From IMG/VR virus record IMGVR_UViG_3300047368_000327, positions 39,643 to 103,642 of that record: a DNA stretch of 64,000 nt. One strand, given 5' to 3'. The stretch comes from a virus. Below, one piece after another: positions 48,077 to 57,624 of the stretch. The notes beneath the pieces are model-generated. The model made no database searches and was not told the DNA's origin. It was given only the letters and a program-made list of their open reading frames with translations. The position numbers and the translations under genes were made by a program. The stretch's first letter is position 1, and each line of letters starts with the position of its first letter.

Positions 48077-48309
48077 ACTTACTAAAAGATATTGATTCGG
48101 TTTTAGATATTTACGAAGAGGAAATAAAAAAACTCAAAGAACAAACAAGCTCAGTAGCTCAAGATTTTTTATCAAAATCAAAAAGCTATTGGTCTGAAAA
48201 TTTATTAGAATTCTCTGCACTGGTAGACAAATTACTAGAAATACAGAACGCAAGAAAGTCACTAGACGATTACAAACAGGACGCAATCTTATCATTAAAT
48301 CATGAATAA
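48073..48309 (+). CDS. Small helical hypothetical protein
   Basis: 78 aa, coupled by ATGA overlap, lying between the exonuclease and the DnaE core. Confidence 0.6.
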   Translation: MNLLKDIDSVLDIYEEEIKKLKEQTSSVAQDFLSKSKSYWSENLLEFSALVDKLLEIQNARKSLDDYKQDAILSLNHE

Positions 48310-50878
48310 TTTTTTAAATCAATTTTCTAATTATGAAGGCTCGGCTCCTCCTGGCGTTCGCCTACCAGAAATCAAGATAACTAAAGCCAACTACAAAAGC
48401 TTAAAACTTGATGAAAATACATCTAATTTTGATTTTCTTAGAGAGCTTTGCTTACAAGGAGTTAAAGAAAAAGGAATAGACAAACTATCTAATAAAAAAG
48501 AATACTACAATAGAGTAAAAGAAGAATTAAAAATTTTAAAAGAGTTAGGTTTTATAGATTATATATTATTAAATTGGGACATTCTTGATTTTTGTCACAA
48601 GAGCGGTATACCTACTGGGCCCGGAAGAGGGAGTGCGGCTGGGTCTCTTGTTTTATTTTTAATTGATGTTACAAAAATTGATCCAATTAAATATGGTCTT
48701 TTCTTTGAGCGCTTTGTAAGCAAAAGCCGAGCTAAAAAGACAGAGAAAGACGGAGTAACATATCTTGACGGAAGCCTTCTTGCAGATGTAGATAATGATA
48801 TCGCCTACGAACATAGAGATAAGGTTATCGAGTACATTGAGCAGAAATATCCAGGCAGAACAGCTAAAATTCTGACTCTCAATACTTTAAGTAGCAAGCT
48901 TTGTATTAGAGAATGCGGCAAGATAGTCGGGAATTATTCCGAGATGGATATAAATGTTGTTACCGCACACATACCAAAAACATTCGGAAAAGTCTCAAGC
49001 ATAGAAGACTCTATTGAGAATAGTGATAAGTTTAAGGAATGGGCCGAGCAAAACTTGGAAATTATTTCGATTGCCAAAAAGATCGAGGGGCTTAATAAAA
49101 ACTCGGGCGTACATCCTTCTGGAATAGCAATCTCTTATGATGAATTGATTAACTTCTGTCCGGTCCAGACAGCTAACGACGGATCGCTTGTCACCGGTTA
49201 CGATATGAATTGGGTTTCTGAATTGATGGTTAAATTTGATATCTTGGGTTTAAGAACTCTAAGCGTCATATATAACACATGCAAAGAGGTGAAGCTAGAC
49301 CCAATGGACATTCCTTTAGATAAAGATGAAACTTACTACCCCTTAGCTGAACTGGAATGTCCACATGGCTTATTTCAAATAGAGGCTAGCACAAATTTCA
49401 GCGTATGCAAGAAGATTAAGCCTCGCACTCTTGAAGAACTTAGCGCTGTCATCGCTATCGCAAGGCCAGGGGCTCTTGATTTTGCCGGAGATTACTCTGA
49501 GTATGTGAGGTCTGGAGAATTTCAAAGCGTTCATGAAGTTTTTGATGAAGAGCTTAGTTATACAGGGGGCATACCATTATACCAAGAGCAGTTAATGAAG
49601 ATGGCTGTAAAAATAGGCTTCACCTTAGATGAGTCTGAACAGCTTAGACGTATAGTCGGAAAGAAAAAAGTTGATCAAATGCCTGAATGGAAGCAGAAGA
49701 TAGAAGCTAAGGTCATCGAAAATAGCTTGCCAGTAGAAGCGGGAGATGTACTGTGGAAAGTTGCAGAAGATAGTGCTAACTATTCTTTTAATAAGTCTCA
49801 CTCAATTGCATATTCAACTCTTGCGGCATGGACTATTTATTTAAAGTTCAACCATCCTCAGGAATTCTTTTTGGCCCTCTTAAAGATGACTCACTCTGAG
49901 CCTACTCCGCAGGCAGAGGTATCCAAAATAAGCCAAGAACTTTCTAGGTTTGATATAAAACTATTGCCTCCTAATCTATTGAAGTCTAAAATGGATTTCT
50001 CAATTGAAGGTAAAAATATAAGATATGGATTGAGCAGCATCAAAGGAATTAGTGACAAATCATTAGAGTCATTAAGAAAATTCAGAAATGAAGATAGTTC
50101 TACAAAATTTGATTTATTTTTGGCAGCCAAACAAGCAGGCTTAAATATCGGAGTCTTATCTGCCCTAATACAGGCCGGAGCATTAAGTGACGATCTTAGC
50201 GCTGATAGGTCAAAATTGGTTTTAGAAGCTCAATTATTCAACATACTGACAGACAGAGAGAAAAGAAACTTTATAGCTCTGTCCGAACAAGAATCTATTG
50301 ATTTATTTGATATATTCAAAAGAGTTACTGAATCTGAGTTTAAGGCTGTCGGAGATGACGGCAAACCATTAATGAAGGAATCTAGATACGGAACACTAAA
50401 GAAAAAGTATGGCCCCTACAAGGACATATACTACAAGAATAGCAAGAGTCAAGATTTCGCAAATTGGTACTTTGAGAAAACCTTATTAGGTTTTAGTTAT
50501 TCGTCTCATTTGTCTGAAGTATTCAAACATCAAACAAAAAAGCCCCAAAATTCTTTGCACTTTAAGTCGCTAAGTCCAAGGGAATCCGCCAAGTACATAT
50601 TTTCAGTATCCTTCTCTAAGAAAGAAAAGTCAAGAAACGGAAATCTTTATATAAAATTAGAGCTTGAAGATGAATTTGGGTCCGTAGACGCAATTCTATG
50701 TGACACAGCAAGAGAGAAAAAATGCACAGCTTACCTAGAAAACAATCAGGTGCCAAAAGAAGGCAGTATCATTACCTTGCATGGAGATAAAACAAATGAT
50801 GGGGACGCCATTTTTGTAAACAACATGAAAGTAGTTGACGAAATGATTTACATGAATCTGAAAGATTTAAAGGTATAG
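48302..50878 (+). CDS. dnaE: DNA polymerase III alpha catalytic subunit lacking the PHP domain
   Basis: GPGRGSAAGSL, LFFERF, DVDND, HPSG, KFDILGL, RPG, YQEQ.M, YSFNKSH, IRYGL..IKG and a C-terminal OB fold (LEDEFG). Confidence 0.93.
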   Translation: MNNFLNQFSNYEGSAPPGVRLPEIKITKANYKSLKLDENTSNFDFLRELCLQGVKEKGIDKLSNKKEYYNRVKEELKILKELGFIDYILLNWDILDFCHKSGIPTGPGRGSAAGSLVLFLIDVTKIDPIKYGLFFERFVSKSRAKKTEKDGVTYLDGSLLADVDNDIAYEHRDKVIEYIEQKYPGRTAKILTLNTLSSKLCIRECGKIVGNYSEMDINVVTAHIPKTFGKVSSIEDSIENSDKFKEWAEQNLEIISIAKKIEGLNKNSGVHPSGIAISYDELINFCPVQTANDGSLVTGYDMNWVSELMVKFDILGLRTLSVIYNTCKEVKLDPMDIPLDKDETYYPLAELECPHGLFQIEASTNFSVCKKIKPRTLEELSAVIAIARPGALDFAGDYSEYVRSGEFQSVHEVFDEELSYTGGIPLYQEQLMKMAVKIGFTLDESEQLRRIVGKKKVDQMPEWKQKIEAKVIENSLPVEAGDVLWKVAEDSANYSFNKSHSIAYSTLAAWTIYLKFNHPQEFFLALLKMTHSEPTPQAEVSKISQELSRFDIKLLPPNLLKSKMDFSIEGKNIRYGLSSIKGISDKSLESLRKFRNEDSSTKFDLFLAAKQAGLNIGVLSALIQAGALSDDLSADRSKLVLEAQLFNILTDREKRNFIALSEQESIDLFDIFKRVTESEFKAVGDDGKPLMKESRYGTLKKKYGPYKDIYYKNSKSQDFANWYFEKTLLGFSYSSHLSEVFKHQTKKPQNSLHFKSLSPRESAKYIFSVSFSKKEKSRNGNLYIKLELEDEFGSVDAILCDTAREKKCTAYLENNQVPKEGSIITLHGDKTNDGDAIFVNNMKVVDEMIYMNLKDLKV

Positions 50879-50888
50879 GTGTAATAAA

Positions 50889-53303
50889 ATGAGTATGGAA
50901 ACATCACCGAACTTTACGCCTAAGTGCCAACAGATTATATCTGATTCTAAATTACTAGCGGAAGCGTGGAACCATGAAGAAGTTACCTGTGGACACTTAT
51001 TGGTATCAATCTTGTCCTCAGAGGCTAGTTTTATAAACGACTTAATAAGGGGGTTTAATCTAAAAATTGATTCATTTATCAAGTTCACTGAAGATTTCTA
51101 TTTTTTAGAAGAGAGGCCAGAGTATACAGCGGAGCCTTTTTATGGAGACGACTTAAAAGATTTATTGGTTCAATCTCATCAGTTTGCTAAAAAACTAGAC
51201 AATAATTACGTCGGAGTTGAGCATTTGTTTTTCTCCTTCCTTAACGATACACATGGAGTGTGCCATCACTTTTTAAATTCCCACAAGGTTTCTCCATCTA
51301 AAATGCTTGAAGCTTTTTTATTGCTTCTTCAAGACCAGCAGGTCTTCTCGACCTCTAACAGTCAGCTGCCGGGAGAAAAGCAGAAAGAACAGGGTCAACC
51401 ACAGAGGCAATCGCAGGCAGACTCTAACAGCATGCTTGAATCTTTTTGTGTCAACTTAAACGAAGTCAATCAAAAAGGCTTGATGGGCAAAGTCATAGGA
51501 AAAGATTTTGAAATAGAACGTATTTGTGAAATTTTGGGGCGAAAAATTAAAAACAACCCACTGCTAATTGGCGATCCAGGAGTAGGAAAGACTGCGGTGG
51601 TAGAGGGTTTAGTTCAGAGAATAGGCGAAAACAGAGTACCTCCATTTTTATTCGGAAAGAAAATCTACTCAGTTGATTTGGCGTCCATGATTGCTGGAAC
51701 AAAATATAGAGGGCAATTCGAGCAAAGAATAAAAGCCTTAATAAATGAGTGCGCAGAGATTAAAAATGTAATTTTATTTATCGACGAAGCTCATACGGTT
51801 GTTGGCGCTGGAAGCGCAGAAGGCACTATGGATGCCGCAAACATATTAAAACCTGCGTTAGCAAGAGGAGAGCTTACAGTTATAGGTGCAACTACTTTTC
51901 CGGAGTATAAAAAGAATATAGAAAAAGACATTGCCCTAGTTAGAAGGTTTGAAAATGTTATGGTTGATGAGCCTTCGCCCGAAGAGACCTTCAAAATATT
52001 GAAAGGAATCAAGCCTGCCTACGAAAAGTTTCACGGAGTGTCTTACCCAAACCCTATATTAAAGAAGATAGTTTCTCTATGCGAAGATTATCTTCCTGGC
52101 AGAAAGTTCCCTGATAAAGCTATTGACATGCTTGACGAGTGTGGGGCAAAATTAAAAATAAAAAACTCCATGCCGTCTAAAGAAATGATGGATCTTGAGT
52201 CTCGAATTTACGACTTAAGCCCCCAAAAGGTAGGTTCAAAAATTGAAAACGAAATGGTCGATTCATATTGTGAACTAAGTGAAGAATGGCAGAACTCAGC
52301 AAGAAAAAATGTCAGCGAAAACGATCTTTTAGAATGCCTCTCTTCTAAAACGAAAGTTCCTAAAGAAAATTTCGAGCATTCAAAGGATGATAAACTATCA
52401 AATTTAGGTAGAAAATTAAACAGAGAGGTGGTCAATCAAAAAGATGCAATTTCAAGCATACATAAATCAATACTTAGATTTAAATTAGGGCTAAAAGATT
52501 TAAATAAACCAATTGGCTCTTTCTTATGCTTAGGGGCTAGCGGGGTAGGCAAGACTTGGACTGCTAAGATGATTGCCAAACACTATTTTGGCTGTGAAAA
52601 AAACATTATACGTTTTGACATGTCTGAATATTCCGACAAAGTTTCCTCGTCTAAGCTTACTGGCGCTTCTCCCGGATATGTTGGTTACGAAGAGGGAGGG
52701 GTTTTAGTTGAAGCTATAAAAAAGAAACCTCATTGCGTATTATTATTTGATGAAATCGAAAAATCTCACTCAGAGGTACAACAGTTGTTGCTTCAGATTC
52801 TAGAAGAAGGAGAGATTGAAGACAATGTCGGTACTAAAGTTTATTTTAAAGACACTATTATTATACTTACTAGTAATATTGGCTCTGAATTAACCACAAA
52901 AAGCTCTCTGGGATTCTCCCCTATGCCAGTATCAAACGATGAAAAAATCTACGATACTGCAAAAAAGATACTAAGCCCAGAATTAGTTAACAGATTAGAC
53001 TCAGTAATAGTATTTAATCATTTAAAACAAGAACACTTATATAAAATATTTAAATCAGAAATAAGAAAATTATCTTCTAAATTAAAAAAACAAAATATAC
53101 TATTAAATATATCAGAAGAGGCTGGCAAGTCTATCTGCGAGCAGGCTGCTGAAGAAAAGATGGGCGCAAGACCATTAAAAAGATTAATAAAATCACAAAT
53201 AGAGGATCCAGTAGTAGAATATTACTTTAAAAATCAATCCAAAAAACAAATAAAATTTAATCTATTCCTACAGGCAGACACAATAAAATATAATATAGAT
53301 TAA
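50889..53303 (+). CDS. clpC: ClpA/ClpC-family AAA+ chaperone/unfoldase
   Basis: Two Clp-N repeats; NBD1 [12 protein letters not shown] with pore loop GTKYRG; NBD2 [15 protein letters not shown] with GYVGY; LGF ClpP-docking loop; GARPL. The start may be the Met at 50895. Confidence 0.9.
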   Translation: MSMETSPNFTPKCQQIISDSKLLAEAWNHEEVTCGHLLVSILSSEASFINDLIRGFNLKIDSFIKFTEDFYFLEERPEYTAEPFYGDDLKDLLVQSHQFAKKLDNNYVGVEHLFFSFLNDTHGVCHHFLNSHKVSPSKMLEAFLLLLQDQQVFSTSNSQLPGEKQKEQGQPQRQSQADSNSMLESFCVNLNEVNQKGLMGKVIGKDFEIERICEILGRKIKNNPLLIGDPGVGKTAVVEGLVQRIGENRVPPFLFGKKIYSVDLASMIAGTKYRGQFEQRIKALINECAEIKNVILFIDEAHTVVGAGSAEGTMDAANILKPALARGELTVIGATTFPEYKKNIEKDIALVRRFENVMVDEPSPEETFKILKGIKPAYEKFHGVSYPNPILKKIVSLCEDYLPGRKFPDKAIDMLDECGAKLKIKNSMPSKEMMDLESRIYDLSPQKVGSKIENEMVDSYCELSEEWQNSARKNVSENDLLECLSSKTKVPKENFEHSKDDKLSNLGRKLNREVVNQKDAISSIHKSILRFKLGLKDLNKPIGSFLCLGASGVGKTWTAKMIAKHYFGCEKNIIRFDMSEYSDKVSSSKLTGASPGYVGYEEGGVLVEAIKKKPHCVLLFDEIEKSHSEVQQLLLQILEEGEIEDNVGTKVYFKDTIIILTSNIGSELTTKSSLGFSPMPVSNDEKIYDTAKKILSPELVNRLDSVIVFNHLKQEHLYKIFKSEIRKLSSKLKKQNILLNISEEAGKSICEQAAEEKMGARPLKRLIKSQIEDPVVEYYFKNQSKKQIKFNLFLQADTIKYNID

Positions 53304-53347
53304 TTAAAAATAAATCTCTGGATTAAACATGTGTATATTTATATACC

Positions 53348-54853
53348 ATGCCAGACAAAAAAATTTCCGAGTTCAACACTTTCACAGGGGCCACCGGTGA
53401 AGATGTTTTCTTTGTTGTTGCTAGCGGCGAAACAGAAAATTCTAGCGCAAAAAATTACAAAATACCATACGTAGACTTAAAATCTGATCTGGGTTTAGAT
53501 GCTGGAGGGGGAGGCAGTGTTATTGGCGGAGATCAAGATAATATTAATTTTGGAGGAACTCAATCGGGAGACGTTCGTAATATAAACTTCCAACAAGGAG
53601 GTGAGAACGTGATGGTTATCGATCAAGGTGGCGATGTTAATTTAAAAAATGACCTTTATGTTTCTGGGGATGTCAGCGGTAATTCAGGATATTTTGAGAA
53701 CATCAATATATCGGATGGATTAACTGTTTCGGGCGGTATAAGCGGAGACTATATCAGCGGTAAGACTGGAGTTTTTACTGATGTATTATTATCTACAACT
53801 GGCTACTTCCAAGAAGTTATTGTATCAGGTGATACTCGCATTTCTGGCGACCTTCATGTAAAAGGCACAACTTATGTCCATGAAGTAGTTGACACTACTG
53901 TTTCGGGAACAGTGAGTGGTTATACTGGGATCTTTAACACTTCTAGCGGCAAAACCGGATCGTTTACTGAATCTTTATTGATTAGCGGCGAGCCAGTCTT
54001 AACTGGATTTGAGATTCCAGGAGGTGGAGCCGTTATAGGTGGAGATGTAAACAACATCGACTTCGGAGGAACAGACCCTAACGATTTTCGTAATATAAAT
54101 TTTCAACAGGGTGGCGAGAACGTCATGGTTATTGACCAAGACGGTGATGTCAATATACAAAACGACCTTCATGTTTCAGGAAATATTAGCGGCGATATTA
54201 TTAGCGGAAAGACTGGTGTATTCACTGAAACTTTATTGTCGGAGAATACTTTAGGCAACAATGCCTCATTTACGACTTCTTTACTTATTAGCGGAAAGCC
54301 AGTCTCAACAGGTGCAGGGGGCACAGTAGGAGGCCTTCCTGTTGTTGGTGGAGACCAAGACAACATTGACTTCGGGGGAACTGAGCCTGGAGATGATCGC
54401 CCAATTAATTTTCAACAGGGTGGTGAGAACGTGATGGTTATTGACCAAGGCGGTGATGTCAATATACAAAACGATTTGCATGTTACCGGAAACATTAGTG
54501 GAGGCATCATTAGCGGTAAAACCGGAGTTTTCACGGATAGCCTTTCGGTTAGCGGGGTTAGTGTATTAACCGGAAACCAGCAAGCATCAATTCAATGGCT
54601 TGAAGATATAGGGGGTGGTTATTTAACGGTCAAGGAAAGTTCTGTTGATGGAATCAATTTTATTAACACCAAATGGATTGATAGCGCTCAATCTAACGGA
54701 GATATTTACTACGACGACGGGCAAGTCGGAATAGGTACAAATGACCCTCAATTTGACATAGACGTAAATGGCTCAGCAAACATATCTGACGTTCTTTATA
54801 TTGGTGGAGTGCGTATATCGGGCAATCAAGATGGGGATTTAGTGTTCGGCTGA
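53348..54853 (+). CDS. Repetitive Ser-Gly-rich virion/fibre protein
   Basis: MPDKKISE fibre-type start; three INFQQGGENVMVIDQ.GDV modules; GQVGIGT motif. Confidence 0.7.
   Translation: MPDKKISEFNTFTGATGEDVFFVVASGETENSSAKNYKIPYVDLKSDLGLDAGGGGSVIGGDQDNINFGGTQSGDVRNINFQQGGENVMVIDQGGDVNLKNDLYVSGDVSGNSGYFENINISDGLTVSGGISGDYISGKTGVFTDVLLSTTGYFQEVIVSGDTRISGDLHVKGTTYVHEVVDTTVSGTVSGYTGIFNTSSGKTGSFTESLLISGEPVLTGFEIPGGGAVIGGDVNNIDFGGTDPNDFRNINFQQGGENVMVIDQDGDVNIQNDLHVSGNISGDIISGKTGVFTETLLSENTLGNNASFTTSLLISGKPVSTGAGGTVGGLPVVGGDQDNIDFGGTEPGDDRPINFQQGGENVMVIDQGGDVNIQNDLHVTGNISGGIISGKTGVFTDSLSVSGVSVLTGNQQASIQWLEDIGGGYLTVKESSVDGINFINTKWIDSAQSNGDIYYDDGQVGIGTNDPQFDIDVNGSANISDVLYIGGVRISGNQDGDLVFG
53861..54385 (+). 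repeat. ~525-bp near-identical duplication, copy 1
   Basis: Matches 58183-58707 (offset 4322) with only about 3 substitutions seen. Confidence 0.9.
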
Positions 54854-54854
54854 A

Positions 54855-57623
54855 ATGGCTGAAAATAAAAAAATAACTGACTTAAATCCTTCTTTACCAA
54901 AAGACGGATATGCTTTTGTCGCCGCTACTGGGGCTGAAAATTTCAGAGTTTCTTACTCTGATTTAGCTGAAAGTAGTTCCATTGGCACCAAGAGCGGTGC
55001 CTTTTTAGAATCGCTAACTATTAGCGGGGAGACAGTTCTTACTGGCTCTGCATTTGACCCAAGATTTAATGACTTAAGCGGTCAATTAGTTTCAACTGGC
55101 AACCTTCTTCAAGTCGGGATTATTAATTTAAGTGGGGCTCTTGATGCAAGTGGCAATCTCCTTCAAGGTGAGGTTTCTAATTTAAGTGGTTCTCTTGATG
55201 CAAGTGGCTCTTTACTTCAGGGTGAGATTGAATTGATAAACACAGAGCTTGACCTCGCATCTTCTTCCTCTTTTATTTTCTTTCATGATTTAAACAATAA
55301 TACTGGTCCAACATTTAAGACTTATTACGAAACCCCTACTCAAAACATCTTCTTGTCTGGCGCCATGGTTGATAGCCTGCAAGATATTAAAGCTACAATC
55401 AGATGGGATGGGCCTGATTCTCATTATATGGGTACTGGTTATATAAATAACCAGAAGATACCCATCTCCAACGTCACAGAAATAGGAGATGGAACCAGAA
55501 GATTTGAGGGCTATCTAGATAATTTAGATTTACAAGGCCAAACAGTTTTGACTGGTTCTGCAAATGGGGTTACTGGAAAAATCCCTATCATTGACTTGGG
55601 TGCCGGTCCAATTGCATCTAACATTACTATTGATCAAATTTCCAACTCAACCCCTAAGGTTGGAGAGCAACAAGGAACAACTGCATTGAAAGCTGGAGAT
55701 CAGGTTAACGTTTTTGTTACTTATGATTTCTCAACTTATCTAGACGAACTTCAACATCCAGACACTATCGAAGTAAAAGACGAAGACCTTGCTAACCATA
55801 TAGATTTCGCTTCTTATAATCTTGTCGACAATGGAAACGGCACTCGGACTGCAACCATTCCTGTTACTGTTTCAAACAGAGATGGTGATTTAGGTATAAA
55901 AGTTAGGGCAATTAATAATCTTGGCTCTACTGGAGAGTTTCAATCTTCAACAGATTTTCCTGGGGCTGATGATTCTCGACTACTTGACCAACTTTACCCA
56001 ACAATTACAGCTTCTGGCCCGACTTCCTACAATGGGCGCAGCGATGGCCTAAGAGAAGGTGAATCTACCACCTTTACAAATTCTATTGCTAACTGGGACC
56101 CTGCAAACGATACTATTCTTTATACAGCCTTAACAGTTAATAATTCTAATGTTTCAATCTCCAATCCTAATTCTTTTGGAGACCCAAAAAATGTTAGTTA
56201 TATAGATGGGGTTTTTTCTAACGCTGCAAATGTAAATATTTCGACCCTTAGGGTTGCAAACGGAGCTACGGATTCTGAAGATGTTACTGTTAAGGTCGCC
56301 AACGGCCCAGAAATAACATCTCTCACCATATCCAATCAAGCTAAAAGCGCTGTAGCGCCTAATATTATTGGTGCATCCGAAATCAAAGGAGGAGATGTAA
56401 TCGAAGTTGTCGCAAATATAGATACTCAAGGAGAGCCTCCAAACTCAATACAAATAAGGGTATTCAATGAGGGAATTTCTAACGGCGTTTCTTTTAGTTC
56501 CTACTCTTCAAGTCTAGTAGCAGGAGATTTACACGAATATACTATACCTGTTACTGTAACTTCAAGTGTTAGTCGAAATGGCTCCCAGTCTATAAAAATA
56601 GAGGCTCGAAATCAGTACGGAACTTTAAGTGATAATAAAATTTCTTCTAACCAAATTACTGTTAACCAGACAACCCCAACTGTCTCAATAAATTCAGTTA
56701 CTTACCCTGGTATACAGCAAGCCATAAAGTCATCAGATGCAGCTTCTGTTTTAAATTCGGTTACAGGCGAAGATTCTGTATTATATGAATCTCCCTCTGT
56801 TGGGGGTAATACACAGCTTGACGTTTCCAATCCAAATATTAATGAATCTTCCAAGATTGTAAACTATCAAGCTGGCAGTTATAATATCACCAACGATAAC
56901 TTTAAAATTACTGCCACGAAAACTAGCAATGGGGCAGTCACAGTTGCTGAAACGATAGTCAAGATTGCCAATAACGCACTACAGCTCAGCATTACAAGTC
57001 TTGCTTCACCGCTAGAAAGCTCCCCAAATGGAATTTCTGATAATTTTAACTTAAATAGTGATCAAAAATTTCTTTCAATCCCGACTTTATCTACTGACCC
57101 CTCCCAGTCTCCAGCCTCACAACTAACCTCGTCAAACAGCGGCACAGACGAGCAGTCAAATAAATACACCATAAACGTTAAAGATGTTGATCAAAAAGGT
57201 ACTTTTAATTGGTCTGTAAGTGCGCAAAATTTAGCAGGCATAACAACAACTAGTATTTCAACTAACCCAAGCTATACCTTAGAGGGGTTCTCTTCTAGAA
57301 CTGTTGCATCAAACCCGTCTACCGCCCTAGGTCGAGGGCTTTTTCCTGTCGGTACAACTATCTCAGATCCAAATAATGTTGTCTTTGAGAATATTGCGGA
57401 GGGTGGAAGCGGACCTAATGGAGGAACTATTTATAGCTATAAGTCTTTTCCTGCTGGAACTCAGCTCGTAGATAGCATGGATTTTAATAATCAATTTACT
57501 GTTTGTGATTCGGCAGGGATTACTTCTGTTAATGGAGATTTCTGCTATAATCTCGACAAAGGAATTAGAGATGGAAATTCCTCTACGCAATTTCCAGCGC
57601 AAGCTGATATAAAGGAAGAATAA
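54855..57623 (+). CDS. Large Ser/Thr-rich virion structural protein (coiled-coil repeat followed by tandem Ig-like beta domains)
   Basis: KKITDL start; 18-aa LSG.LDASG.LLQG repeat; internally duplicated beta-rich domains (K.GD...V, TIPVTV). Confidence 0.65.
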   Translation: MAENKKITDLNPSLPKDGYAFVAATGAENFRVSYSDLAESSSIGTKSGAFLESLTISGETVLTGSAFDPRFNDLSGQLVSTGNLLQVGIINLSGALDASGNLLQGEVSNLSGSLDASGSLLQGEIELINTELDLASSSSFIFFHDLNNNTGPTFKTYYETPTQNIFLSGAMVDSLQDIKATIRWDGPDSHYMGTGYINNQKIPISNVTEIGDGTRRFEGYLDNLDLQGQTVLTGSANGVTGKIPIIDLGAGPIASNITIDQISNSTPKVGEQQGTTALKAGDQVNVFVTYDFSTYLDELQHPDTIEVKDEDLANHIDFASYNLVDNGNGTRTATIPVTVSNRDGDLGIKVRAINNLGSTGEFQSSTDFPGADDSRLLDQLYPTITASGPTSYNGRSDGLREGESTTFTNSIANWDPANDTILYTALTVNNSNVSISNPNSFGDPKNVSYIDGVFSNAANVNISTLRVANGATDSEDVTVKVANGPEITSLTISNQAKSAVAPNIIGASEIKGGDVIEVVANIDTQGEPPNSIQIRVFNEGISNGVSFSSYSSSLVAGDLHEYTIPVTVTSSVSRNGSQSIKIEARNQYGTLSDNKISSNQITVNQTTPTVSINSVTYPGIQQAIKSSDAASVLNSVTGEDSVLYESPSVGGNTQLDVSNPNINESSKIVNYQAGSYNITNDNFKITATKTSNGAVTVAETIVKIANNALQLSITSLASPLESSPNGISDNFNLNSDQKFLSIPTLSTDPSQSPASQLTSSNSGTDEQSNKYTINVKDVDQKGTFNWSVSAQNLAGITTTSISTNPSYTLEGFSSRTVASNPSTALGRGLFPVGTTISDPNNVVFENIAEGGSGPNGGTIYSYKSFPAGTQLVDSMDFNNQFTVCDSAGITSVNGDFCYNLDKGIRDGNSSTQFPAQADIKEE

Positions 57624-57624
57624 A

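Noticed and set aside
8198-50878. Inteins or introns in nrdA, recA, dnaB or dnaE
   Set aside because: Protein lengths and motif spacing are normal; no intein-terminal HN-C/S/T junctions or homing-endonuclease inserts were seen.
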